Assembly (NCBI RefSeq): GCF_009914755.1
Contig: NC_060928.1
Source: the human T2T-CHM13v2.0 reference genome, Homo sapiens
DNA: 64,000 bases
Reading direction: 5' to 3' (one strand)
The position numbers were made by a program, and so were the translations under genes. Positions 15,493-27,753 of the stretch are shown piece after piece (the stretch's first letter is position 1; each line of letters starts with the position of its first letter). The notes beneath the pieces are model-generated. The model was not told the DNA's origin. It searched no databases and saw only the letters and a list, made by a program, of their open reading frames with translations.

Positions 15493-16932
15493 TTGTCATT
15501 CTCATCCTAACAACAAGAAGAAAGCTGAATAAAGTGAAAATCAGTGACTTTCCTTTGACCCCTCAGAGAACTGAAGTTGTGGGGAAAACAACCATCCCAA
15601 AATGTGGGGAAACAAATGAATCCAGAGAATCATGTCTAAGATCTGCTTACCTGGAGCAGAAGCTTCTGGAGCTATAAACTAATAGGAATAGTTAAATGAC
15701 AATTTTGATGAATTTCTAGAGGCTGTGTATGGACCGGTGTGAAAATGAGAAACTCCCAGAAGCCTCAGACTTAGGGGCCCCCACACTTTCATGGGTTTTA
15801 TGTCTGGCAACTCTGCCAGGTTCTCATGGTGAAAAGCCAAAGCCAAGAAAGATTTTGTGGCTCTGACAGGTGCAAGAGACAAGTAACCAGTATGAAATGC
15901 CCAGAGCATTTTCCATTATAAAGCCCACTTTCCAGAAAAAGACTTTACCAGAGCCTTATCCCACATGAAGATGGGTACTTCCCTGATTCCCGTTCTCTCT
16001 AGCCTTCTAGTCTCACACGAAGGGTAAAAATAAAACTAAGAAACACTTGTGAAGATTATACTCCAGGCCTACTAAAGGACTGAAATTTAATCATAAGATT
16101 ATAGAGTCCTTCTCCTGCCCACACCTTTACCATCACACCAACAAGGCTCTGGGGTAATAGGAATGGACTGCAGTTGAAAGATCTGCAAAATGCATACTCT
16201 ATCCAAGGAAGAATTTAGGGAGATCAAGGACAACAGAAAGAGAAAAACAAGGATGTTCAAAAGAATGTGAAGCCTATGACACCTACAGCTATAGTAAACA
16301 TTAAACACAGATCAACTCCTACTCAGATTAATATGAATATTCACCCTAAAGACTTATTTATCTCAGTCCCTATTACTCAATACATGTTTGACTTTCAAAA
16401 AAAAGGTTACAAGCTGCCAAAATGCAGGAAAAACACAATCTGAAAAGATAAAACAAGCATTAGAACCAGAATCAGATATGACACAGATTTTTGAATTATC
16501 AGACAGGGACTTATAATAACTATAATTGATATATTAAAAACTCCAATGCAAAACAGTGGAAAATATGCAAAAACAACTAGGTATTATAAGCAAAGATTAT
16601 GGAAACTCTAAGAAAATATCAAAAGAAAATCTAAAAAGCAAAAACATTAACAAATGAAGGCTGTCTTTGATGAGGTCACCAGCAGACTGAACACAGCCAA
16701 AGAAAGATTCAATGAGCTTGAAGGTAGGTCAATAAAAAACTTCCCCAACTGAAATTAAAAGACAAAAAATAAATTTTTACAGAAAAACATCCAAGAACTG
16801 TAAGATAATTTCAAATGATATAAATACATGTACATAGAATCCTAGGAGAGGAAAAAGAGAATAGAGCAAATAAAGAAAAGAAAGGTTTGAAGTAATAATG
16901 GCTAAGAATTTTCTAAAATTAGTGACAGACAC

Positions 16933-17411
16933 TGTTTTGGTGTCTTTGTTTAACTATAAAAGAATACCTAAGGTATGTGCAGAGATCACATGGTGACACA
17001 GAAAGTAAGAGAGAGAGGGAAGGGAGATGCCAGTCGTTTTTCAAACAACTAACTCTCATGGAAATGAACATGAGTGAGTACTCACTCAACTGCCCCACTG
17101 CAAGCCCAGGGAGGGCATTAATTTATTCATAAGGGCTCCAACTCCATGACCCAAACACCTCCTATTAGGCCTCACCACTGGGGATCAAATTTTAACGTGA
17201 GGTTTTGAGTAGTCAAATATTCTGCATTCTACTCCTGGCCCCTCAATACTCATGTTCTTCTCATATTGTAAAATATAATCATCTCTTCCCAATAGTCCCA
17301 ACTCTTAACTGCTTGTAGCATTAACTTAAAAGTCCAAAGTCTCATTTGAGTCCAAGGCAGGTTTCTTACAGCTGTGAGTCTGTAAAAGGGTCAAATATTC
17401 CAACCATAACA
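16933..17411 (-). mobile_element. MST (MaLR) element: LTR plus a short internal fragment plus an LTR terminus
   Basis: TG...CA termini, perfect TSD gacac/gacac, and MaLR-internal text (ttctactcctggcccc...aaagtccaaagtctcat). Confidence 0.75.
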
Positions 17412-17689
17412 GACACCAAACCACACATCAAGGAAGCTTAGAGAACACCAAGCAGGATAAATATAAAAAAAAACGTACACTCCGGAAATTCAAACTACAG
17501 AAAACAAAAGACAAAGCCTTGAAAGAAGCCAGAGGGAAAAAAAATTCTTAACCTATAGAGGATCAAGAATAAGAATTATAATGAACTTCTCTTCAGAAAC
17601 TATGCAAACAAAGGAGAATAAATTAAAATATTTAGTGTTGAAAACAGAAAACCAAATGTAGTTTTAAAAAGGGATTTATTAACTTTTAT

Positions 17690-18135
17690 TGAAGAGAGGA
17701 TATTCTTTTTAATAGCTTTTTTGATATATATAATTGATATATAATATATACTGCATATCTAAAGTATATAACTTAATAAGTTTTGACATATCTACATACT
17801 TATGAAACCATTATTACAGCCAAGATAATGAATATATCCATCACCTCCCCTAAGTTTTCTTGAACCATTTTGTGATTCTTCCCTCCCAGCCCTCTTTGGG
17901 CAACACCTGATCTGTCACTGTGGATTAGTTTGCATTTTCTGTAATTTCATGTAAATAAATCATACACTATATTATTTTGCATTTCACTTCTTTCACTCAG
18001 CATAATTATTTTGAGAATTATTTGTTGTAGCATTATCAGTTGTTCATCCCTCTTTATTGCTGAGCATTAAAGAGGATTACTTTGTATCTATGTTCCACAA
18101 TTTATTTATCCATTCACCTATTATTTGGCTATTTA
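17690..18135 (-). mobile_element. L1MC-type 3'-end fragment
   Basis: ttttaatagcttttttgatatataattg...aaccattattacagccaagataatgaatatatccatcacc. Confidence 0.65.
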
Positions 18136-19347
18136 AGTGGATAGCTCCCACTCTCCACCATAATAAAACCTCAGCACATCTAACTGAGAGCTCCCCCAGT
18201 CACCTTCATCAAGGCTGGAAACTTGGCCCACCAGCGGGTGTTACATCTACTTACCTGCCTTAGCTACAACCAGTGCCCTACTCAGGGATACCTTCCCTAT
18301 TGCCCTGAAGCCTGAATCATCAACTCAGTAAATAAAATACTGGGGCAAAATTATTTTAAATAAATTAAATAAACTGTCCTCCACAAGAGAACAAGATAAG
18401 CTTCAAGAGATCCCCGCCATTCCAACCCCATAGAAGGCAATAAACCCACCCACACACCAAGAATATAACTACTACAACCAGCATTGGGGAGAGACAGCAC
18501 ACAAAGACTCTCTATAACTAAGGAACTTATACAGAGTCTTCAACCCTAAAAGCACCAAGATTAAAATTAGGATAAAATAAACATAAAAGTCAAATCCTTA
18601 AGAGGGAAAAATGAAAAATAAACCACAGTCTAATCAAAACTAAATTCAAGAACAATGTGAAGAAATAGTCTACCCAAATGAGAAGGAACCAGAGAAGTAA
18701 TTCTGATAACATGACAAAACAGGGTTGCATAACACTGCCAAAATATCATACTAGCTCCCCAGCAATGGATCCAAACCTAGAATACTGAAATTGCCAGATA
18801 AAGAATTCAGAAAGATGATGATTAAGCTACTCAAGGAGATACCAGAGAAAGGTGAAAGCCAACTTAAAGAAATTAAAAATACAATCCAGGATATCAATCA
18901 AAAAAATTCCATATAAACAGATGTCATAAGGAAAAAACAACAAGAACTTCGGGAAATGAAAGACACACTTAGGGAAATATAAAATGTGGTGGCAAAGTTT
19001 CAATAATAGACTAGAACAAGTAGAAGAAAGAATTTCATAGCAGGAAGACAAGGCTTTTTAATTAACCCAATAAGACAAAGAATAAAGATTTTTTTTAATG
19101 AACAAAGTCTCCACCAAATATGAGATCATGTAAAACAGCCAGACCTTAGAATCATTGGTGTTCCTGGGGAAGAAGAGAAATTTAAGTTTGGAAAAACTTA
19201 TTTGAGGAAATAATCAAGAAAAACTTCCATAGCCTTGCTGGAGATCTAGACAACCAAACACAAGAATCTCAAAAAACTCCTGGGAAATTCATCACAAAAA
19301 TATCATCACCAAGGCACATAGTCATTAGGTTACCTAAAGTCAAGAGG

Positions 19348-21502
19348 CCTCTCCCTCTCCCTCTTCCTCTCCCATCCCCCTCCCCCTCTCCCTCCCTCTG
19401 TTGCCGAGGCTGGACTGTGCTGCCGTGATCTCCACTTGCTGCAACCTCCCTGCCTCGGGCTCCCGTGATTCTCCTGCCTCGGCCTGCTGAGTGCCTGGGA
19501 TTGCAGGCATGCACCGCCACACCTGACTGGTTTTTGAATTTTTGGTGGAGACGGGGTTTCGCCGTGTCGACCGGGCTGGTCTGCAGCTCCTGACCTCGAG
19601 TGATCTGCCTGCCTTGGCCTCCCGAGGTGCTGGGATTGCAGACGGAGTCTCGCTCACTCAATGCTCAATGTTGCCCAGGCTGGAGTGCAGTGGCATGATC
19701 TCCACTCGCTACAACCACCTCCCAGCCGCCTGCCTTGGCCTCCCAAAGTACTAAGATTACAGCCTCTGCCCGGCCGCCACCCCATCTAGGAAGTGAGGAG
19801 CATCTCTGCTTGGCCGCCCATCATCTGGAATGTGAGGAGCCCCTCTGCCCGGCTGCCCCGTCTGGGAAGTGAGGAGCGCCTCTGCCCGGCCACCACCCCA
19901 TCTAGGAAGTGAGGAGCGTCTCTGCCTGGCCACCCATCATCTGGGATGTGAGGAGCGACTATGCCCGGCCACCCCGTCTGGGAGGTGACAAGAGTCTCTG
20001 CCTGGCCGCCCCGTCTAGGAAGTGAGGAGCACCTCTGCCCAGCTGCCCCATCTGGTAAGTGAGGAGCACCTCTACCTGGCCGCCCCGTCTAGGAGGTGAG
20101 CAGAGCCTCTGCCCGGCCGCCCCGTCTGGGATGTGAGGAGTGCCTCTGCCCGGCCACCACCCCATCTGGGAAGTGGGGAGCGCCTCTGCCCGGCCGCCCC
20201 ATCTGGAAGGTGAGGAGTGCCTCTGCCCAGCAGCCACCCCATCTGGGAGGTGAGGAGCACCTCTGCCTGGCCGCCCCATCTGGGAACTGAGGAGCGCCTC
20301 TGCCCGGCCGCCCCGTCTGAGAAGTGAGGAGCGCCTCTGCCCGGCAGCTGCCAAGTCTGGGAAGTGAGGAGCGTCTCTGCCTGGCAGCCACCCAGTCTGG
20401 GAAGTGAGGAGCGTCTCTGCCCAGCCACCCATTGTCTGGGATGTGAGGAGCGCCTCTGCCCGGCCACCCTTCATCTGGGAGGTGAGGAGCACCTCTGCCC
20501 GGCTGCCGCATCTGGGAAGTGAGGAGCACCTCTGCCCGGCTGCCCCATCTGGGAAGTGAGGAGCGCCTCTGCCCGGCCGCCCTGTCTGGGAAGTGAGGAG
20601 AGCCTCTGCCCGGCCGCCCTGTCTGGGAAGTGAGGAGCGCCTCTGCCCGGCCGCCCCGTCTGGGAAGTGGGGAGAGCCTCCACCTGGCCACCCCATCTGG
20701 GAGGTGAGGAGCACCTCCGCCCGGCCGCCCATTGTCTGGGATGTGAGAAGCGCCTCTGCCCAGCCGCCCCGTCTGGGAGGTGAGGAGCACCTCTGCCCGG
20801 CTGCCCCTTCTGGGAGGTGAGGAGCATCTCTGCCCAGCCACCCCGTCTGGGATGTGAGGAGTGCCTCTGCCCGGCCGCCACCCCATCTGGGAAGTGAGGA
20901 GCACCTCTGCCTGGCCGCTGTGCAATCTTCCAAATGTGAAGTGACAGCCTTTCTGCAGGTGTACCCAACAGCTCCGAAGAGAAAGCGACCATCGAGAATG
21001 GGCCATGATGACAATGGCGGTTTTGTCGAAAAGAAAAGGGGGAATGTGGGGAAAAGACAGAGAGATCAGATTGTTACTGTGTCTGGGTAGAAAGAAGTAA
21101 ACATAGGAGACTCCATTTTGTTCTGTACTACGAAAAATTTTTCTGCCTTGGGATGCTGTTAATCTATAACCTTACCCCCAAGCCCGTGCTCTCTGAAACA
21201 TGTGCTGTGTCAACTCAGGGTTAAATGGATTAAGGGCGGTGCAAGATGTGCTTTGTTAAACAGATGCTTGAAGGCAGCATGCTCGTTAAGAGTCATCACC
21301 ACTCCCCAATCTCAAGTACCCAGGGACACAAACACTGCGGAAGGCCGCAGGGACCTCTGCCTAGGAAAACCAGAGACCTTTGTTCATGTGTTTATCTGCT
21401 GACCTTCTCTCCACTGTTATCCTATGTCCCTGCCACAACCCCCTCTCCAAGAAACACCCAAGAATGATCAATAAATACTAAAAAATTAAAAATAAAAAAA
21501 AA
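19348..21502 (+). mobile_element. Full-length SVA retrotransposon (older SVA_A-like)
   Basis: CCCTCT hexamer head, antisense Alu-like domain, GC-rich VNTR (~19760-20915), SINE-R, AATAAA and poly(A). 13 bp TSD taaagtcaagagg (19335-19347 / 21503-21515). Confidence 0.97.
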
Positions 21503-23102
21503 TAAAGTCAAGAGGAAAGAAACACTCTTAACAGATGTGAGACAAAATCATCAGGTAACGTATAAAGGAAAACCTATCAGACTAACAGCAGATTTCTCAG
21601 CAGAAACCCTACAAGCTAGAAGGGATTGGGGTGCTATCTTTAGCCTCCTTAAACAAAATAATTGTCAGCCAAGAATTTTGCATTCAGCAAAACTAAGTTT
21701 CATAAATGAAGGAAAGATAGTCTTTTTCAGACAAAAAAGTGCTGAGAGAGTTTGCCACTACCAAGCCAACACTACAAGAAATGCTAAAAGGAGCTCTGAA
21801 TCTTGAAACAAAACTCAATATACACAAAAATAAAACCTCCTTAAAGCATAAATCTCATGGGGCCTATAAAACTACAACACAATGAAAAAAACAAGGTATT
21901 TAGGCAACAACTAACATGATGAGTAGAACAATACCTCACATATTACTACCAACATTGAATCTAAATGCCCTAAACACTCCACTTAAAAGATACAGAATGG
22001 AAGAATGGATAGAAAGCCACCAACCAAGTATCTGCTGTCTTCAAAAGACTCACTTAACACATAAAGATTGACATAAGCTTAAAGTAAAGGTGTGGAAAAA
22101 GATATTCCATTCAAATGGACACCAAAAGTGAGCAGGAATAACTAGTCTTACGTCAGACAAAACAAACTTTAAAGCAACAACAGTTAAAAAAGACAAAGAA
22201 GGACATTACATAATGATAAAAGAATTAGTCCAACAGGAAGATATTATAGTCCTAAATATATATGCACCTAACACTGGAGTTCCCAATTTCATAAAACAAT
22301 TACTACTAGACTTAAGAAATGAGACAGCAACACAATAATAATGCGGGGACTTCAATACTCTACAGACAGCACTAGATAGATCATCAAGACAGAAAGTTAA
22401 CAAAGAAACAATGGATTTAACAGATATTTACAGAACATTCTTCCCAACAATTGCAGAATATACATTCTCCTCATCACCACATGGAACACTCTCCCACACA
22501 GACCATATGGTAAGCCACAAAACAAGTCTCAATAAATTTAAGAAAATCAAAATTATATAAGGTATCTTCTAAAATCACAGTGGAATAAAACTGGAAATCA
22601 ACACCAAAAGGAACCGTCAAAACTATAGAAATACATGGAAATTAAATGATCTGCTTTTGAATGATCTTTGGGTTAACAATGAAATCAAGATGGAAGTTTT
22701 AAAAAATTTTGAAATGAATAATAATAGTGACACAATTTATCAAAACCTTTGGAATACAGCAAAAGCAGTGCTAAGAGAAGAGTTCATACCATTAAATGCC
22801 TACATCAAAAACCCTGAAGGAGCACAAATAGACATAGACAACCTAAGGTAACACCTCAAGGAACAGAGAAACAAGAAAAAACTAAACCCAAACCCAGCAG
22901 AAGAGAGAGAGAAAAAAAAAGAAGATCAGGGCAGAACAAAATAAAATTGAAACAAACAAACAAAAAACCAAAAGATAAATAAAAGAAAAAGCTGGTTCTT
23001 TGAAAAGATAAACAAAATTCATTGACCATTAGTGAGATTAACCAAGAAAAGAAGAGAGAAAATCCAAATAAGCTCAATTAGAAATGAAACAGGAAATATT
23101 AC

Positions 23103-23535
23103 TTTCATGCACGTCCGTGTGAAGAGATCACCAAACAGGCTTTGTGTGAGCAACATGGCTGTTTATTTCACCTGGGTGCAGGCGGGCTGAGTCTGAAAAG
23201 AGAGTCAGCAAAGGGAGATGGGGTGGGGCCGTTTTATAGGATTTGGGAAGGTAATGGAAAATTACAGTCAAAGGGGGTTGTTCACTGGTGGGCATGGGCG
23301 GGGGTCACAAGGTGCTCAGTGGGGGAGCTTCTGAGCCAGGACAAGGAAATTCGCAGGGTTAATCACTCAGTTAAGGTGGGGCAGGAACAAATCACAATGG
23401 TGGAATGTCATCAGTTAAGGCAGGGCAGGGCCTTTTCACTTCTTTTGTGATTCTTCAGTTACTTCAGGCCATCTGGGCATATATGTGCAAGTCACAGGGG
23501 ATGCGATGGCTTGGCTTGGGCTCAGAGGCCTGACA
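23103..23535 (-). mobile_element. HERV-H solo LTR (LTR7 family, LTR7Y/B-like)
   Basis: The reverse strand reads TGTCAGGCCTCTGAGCCCAAGCCAAGCCATCGC...CTATAAAA...AATAAA...GCATGAAA. Perfect TSD attac/attac. Confidence 0.93.
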
Positions 23536-24328
23536 ATTACAACCAACACCACAGAAATAAAAGATCATTCAAGGTTACTATGAACACCTTTATGCACACA
23601 AACTAGAAAATTTAGAGGACAGGGATAAATTCCTGAAAATATACAACTCAGCTAGATTAAGTCAGGAAGAAATGGAAACTCTAAGCAGACCAATAACAAG
23701 CAGCGAGATTGAATTACTAGTAAATATAAAATGCCAACAACAAAAAAAAGTCCAGGACCACATGAATTCACAGCTGAATTCTATCAGACATTCAAAGAAG
23801 AATTTGTACCAATCCTACTGAAACTACTCCAAAAGATATAGAGAGTATCCTCCCTAAATCATTGTATGAAGCCAGTATCACCCTAATACCAAAACCAGGA
23901 AAGGATATTAACAAAAAAGGAAAGCCATAGACCAATATCCCTGATGAACACAGATGCAAAAATTCTCAACAAAATACTAGCTAACTGAATCCAACAGCAT
24001 ATCAAAACAATAATACAGCATGATCAAGTGGGTTTCATACCAGGGATGCAGGGATGGTTTAACATACGCAAGTCAATAAATGTGATTCACTACATAAACA
24101 AAATTAAAAACAAAAATCACATGATCATCTCAATAGATGCAGAAAAAGCATTTGACAAAATCCAGCTTCCCTTTATGATGAAAACCCTCCCCAAAATTGT
24201 CACAGAAGGGACATACCTCAAAGTAATAAAAGCCATCTATGACCAACCCAAAGCCACCATCATACCAAATGGATGGAAGTTGAAAGCATTCCCCCTGAGA
24301 ACTGAAACAAGACAAGGATGCCCACTTT

Positions 24329-24619
24329 TTTTTTTTTTTGAGACGGAGTCTCGCTCTGTCTCCCAGGCTGGAGTGCAGTGTCGCGGTCTTCGCTCACTGC
24401 AAGCTCCGCCTCCCGGGTTCACGCCATTCTCCTGCCTCAGCCTCCTGAGTAGCTGGGACTACAGGTGCCTGCCACCTCGCCCAGCTAATTTTTTGTATTT
24501 TTAGTGGAGACGGGGTTTCACCGTGTTAGCCAGGATGGTCTCCATCTCCTGACCTTGTGATCTGCCCACCTCGGCTTCCCTAAGAGCTGGGATTACAGGC
24601 GTGAGCCACCGTGCCTGGC
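24329..24619 (-). mobile_element. AluY
   Basis: AluY diagnostics (gcaagctccgcc, ttcacgccattctc, gttagccaggatgg). TSD ggatgcccacttt (24316-24328 / 24620-24632). Confidence 0.95.
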
Positions 24620-24683
24620 GGATGCCCACTTTCACCACTTCTCTTCCACATAGTCCTGGAAGTCCTAGCCAGAGCAATCAGAC

Positions 24684-24888
24684 AAGAGAAAGAAAAGGAA
24701 AAGAAAGAAAAAGGAAGGGGAGGGGGAGGGGAGGGGGGAAGGAGGGGGAGGGGAGGGGAGGGAAGGGAAGGGAAGGGAAGGGAAGGGAAGGGAAGGGAAG
24801 GGAAGGGAAGGGAAAGGAAGGGAAAGGAAGGGAAGAGAAAAAGAGAAGGGAAGGGAAAAAGAGAAGAGAAGAAAAGAAAAAAGAAAAG
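24684..24888 (+). repeat. Pure-purine low-complexity tract with a (GGAAG)n core
   Basis: 205 nt containing only A and G, expanded within L1 ORF2. Confidence 0.95.
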
Positions 24889-25469
24889 CATCAAAATTGG
24901 AAAACAAGAAGTCAAACTGTTGCTGTTCACTGGTGATACAATTGTATACAAACAAAACCCTAAAGACTCATCCAAAAAGCTCTGGACCTGATGAATGAAT
25001 TCATTAAAGTCTCACGACTTTACTGACTTCAGAATTGTATATTGGCTTATAGGTTTGAAGCTAAATGGGAAAGGAGAAAAAAAAAAGTCTCACGAATTTA
25101 CTGAATTCATTTATCACTAATGAATAGATCACTGATACATGCTGGGCATGGGCCCAGCATGCGGCTGTCTCTGTCTTCAATTGTTGTTGATGCCAGTTTC
25201 TGCTATTATTACTCCCTCAGCTCAGGCCTCTAAGGGCCAGCCTCTATGTTTCCTTTTGTTTTTCTCTCCCTGGCCCTTCCCTTCATTTCTCAAAGTAAAA
25301 AACAGGCTTCCTTTGGGAGCAAGATTTGCAGTGGCATGCTGGGCCCAGGAAGCCTCAGGGAAAATGAGGAACCTGTTAGCAAATGTGTGGGAAAGCACTG
25401 GGGAAATCCTTACAGTGTGGGAGGTTTGAATAAAGGGTGAGATTAGTTGAGGGAGAATAGAAAAGACAA

Positions 25470-25834
25470 TTTATTTATTTATTTATTTTTATTATTATAC
25501 TTTAAGTTTTAGGGTACAAGTGCACAACGTGCAGGTTTGTTACATATGTATACATGTGCCATGTTGGTGTGCTGCACCCATTAATTCGTCATTTAGCATT
25601 AGGTATATCTCCTAATGCTATCCTTCCCCCCTCCCCCCACCCCACGACAGGCCCCTGTGTGTGATGTTCCCCTTCCTGTGTCCAAGTGTTCTCATTGTTC
25701 ACTTCCCACCTATGAGTGAGAACATGCAGTGTTTGGTTTTTTGTCCTTACGATAGTTTGCTGAGAATGATGGTTTCCAGCTTCATCCATGTCCCTACAAA
25801 GGACATGAACTCATCAATTTTTATGGCTGCATAG
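25470..25834 (-). mobile_element. Young L1PA 3'-end fragment
   Basis: attatactttaagttttagggtac... through ...ggctgcatag, with a (TTTA)n tail. Confidence 0.92.
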
Positions 25835-25847
25835 AGGGAAACACAGT

Positions 25848-26030
25848 TGTGTTCAAATCTTGGCGCTGCCACATACTAGCTAAATGGCCTGTGGCAAGTA
25901 ATGTAGCCTCTCTGTTCCTTGGATTCCTCATGTGTAAAATGGGCATAGTAGTCATACTACCTAATTGGGTTGTTCTGAGGAGGATGTGAGTTAATACACA
26001 TAAAACTCTTAGAATAATATTGAAAAAATG
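25848..26030 (+). mobile_element. MIR SINE
   Basis: ttcaaatcttggcgctgccac...ttcctcatgtgtaaaatggg core. Confidence 0.75.
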
Positions 26031-26588
26031 AAAGATTATTGTTGACATAGACTGGTAAGGACTCACCATAACATGTATTGATGGAAATATATTCATGGTA
26101 ATATTCAGTGAAGATGTCACAAAATAATGTGTATCTTTTAGCACATTTTGTCAATATGTATAAATATACAAAGAGAAATCATAGAAAAATATACTTCAAT
26201 ATCTCTGGATTAGGAGATTACAGGTCTTTTTATCTATTCCTTTTCATATTTCTATCCCTATGGAATTTTCTAGAGTAAACTTTTATAATAAAGAAGTAAA
26301 TATATTTTGATATGTAATGAAGGAACAGCATGAAATTTTTAGAGTTGATTGATAGAAATCAGATTCTCCAATATGTCCCAAGAAATTAATTTTAACTTTA
26401 AAAGGCCCTAAGAATTCACAAGAGTCTCAATTTTTTGTTTATTAGTATGATGTTTAAAGTTATAGTGCCTGCTGTTATCCAGCTTTCCTTTTTAAAATGC
26501 GTTTATCCTTGTCAGCAAAGGACACTGTGCTAGATTTTCTCCCAACAAGTAGGCAGGAAATGGACAGGCCTTTAAGAACAGTCACTTA

Positions 26589-26906
<318 letters not shown>

Positions 26907-27093
26907 TTAACGGCACAAAAGCAGCTATATGTTACCCTCACCTTGAAAAACTGAGTAACCCTGACAACTTATTAATAATATTATCCAAAATAAAAAAGTA
27001 CTATATATTATATTATATTATAATGTGTAGGGAGTAAATATATATAAATGTAGGGAGTTAATATATATATTAATATAAATATACTCTCCTTAC

Positions 27094-27096
<3 letters not shown>

Positions 27097-27154
<58 letters not shown>
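27097..27154. repeat. (TA)~29 microsatellite in an AT-rich quasi-palindromic context
   Basis: Read directly from the sequence. Confidence 0.95.
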
Positions 27155-27158
<4 letters not shown>

Positions 27159-27380
27159 CCCTTTATTTTTACAACAATCTTATAAGGAGGGTATTACTAT
27201 TAGCCAAATTTTATAGTGGGGCCACAGAGGTTAAATAACTTGCCCCAAATCAAACAACCAGGAAAGGAATAAACCAAGATTCAAACCAAAGCCTGGACAT
27301 GCAGACAGGCACTCAGACTAGCTTTTAGCTCTAGGAACACAGAAGCACACATTCACACAATACAATACAGAAATGGAAAG

Positions 27381-27753
27381 TGCCTTAGTCCATTTGGGCT
27401 GCTGTAACAAAATACCATAGACTGGGTAGCTTGGAAACAATAGAAATTTATTTCTCACAGTTCCAGAAGTGGAGAAATCCAAGATAAAGACACAGGTAGA
27501 GTTGGTGTGTGGTGAGGACTCACTTTCTGGTTCACAGACAGTGCCATCTTGCTGTGCCCTCAAATGATGGGAGAGGCAAACCAGCTCTCTGAGGCTCTTT
27601 TATAAGGGCACTAGTTCCATTTATTAGGGCTCCACCCTCATGACTGAATCACATCCCAAAAGACTCCCTGCCCCCATCTCCTAATGCCATCACATTGGTA
27701 ACTAGGTTTCAACATACAAATTTTGGGGGGACATAAACATTTGGACAGTAGCA
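27381..27753 (-). mobile_element. MLT1A-like MaLR solo LTR
   Basis: TGCCTTAGTCCATTTGGGCTGCT...GTAGCA termini. TSD gaaag/gaaag. Confidence 0.88.

Larger units (their letters stand above)
15070..17660 (+). mobile_element. Old L1M 5'UTR/ORF1 remnant interrupted by THE1 and MST elements
   Basis: A-rich sense L1 ORF1-like text (agactgaacacagccaaagaaagattcaatgagcttgaag; cttctcttcagaaactatgcaa). Confidence 0.65.
18140..25015 (+). mobile_element. L1PB-like LINE-1 (partial 5'UTR, ORF1, ORF2 EN/RT), 3'-truncated; hosts an SVA, an LTR7 and an AluY
   Basis: Decayed ORF1 (YKGKPIRLTADFSAETLQARRDW) and ORF2 ([38 protein letters not shown]) peptides. Many stops and frameshifts; no 3'UTR or poly(A). Confidence 0.88.

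Noticed and set aside
19760-20915. Regularly spaced ~40 bp repeats resembling a CRISPR array
   Set aside because: These are tandem SVA VNTR units with no unique spacers, in a eukaryotic context with no cas genes.
19959-21014. 351 aa, 305 aa and 173 aa ORFs on the minus strand
   Set aside because: They are translations of the stop-poor, GC-rich SVA VNTR, giving repetitive peptides with no sign of a real gene.
24580-24991. Pro/Phe-rich and Gly/Lys/Arg-rich ORFs
   Set aside because: Artefacts of the purine-only simple repeat.
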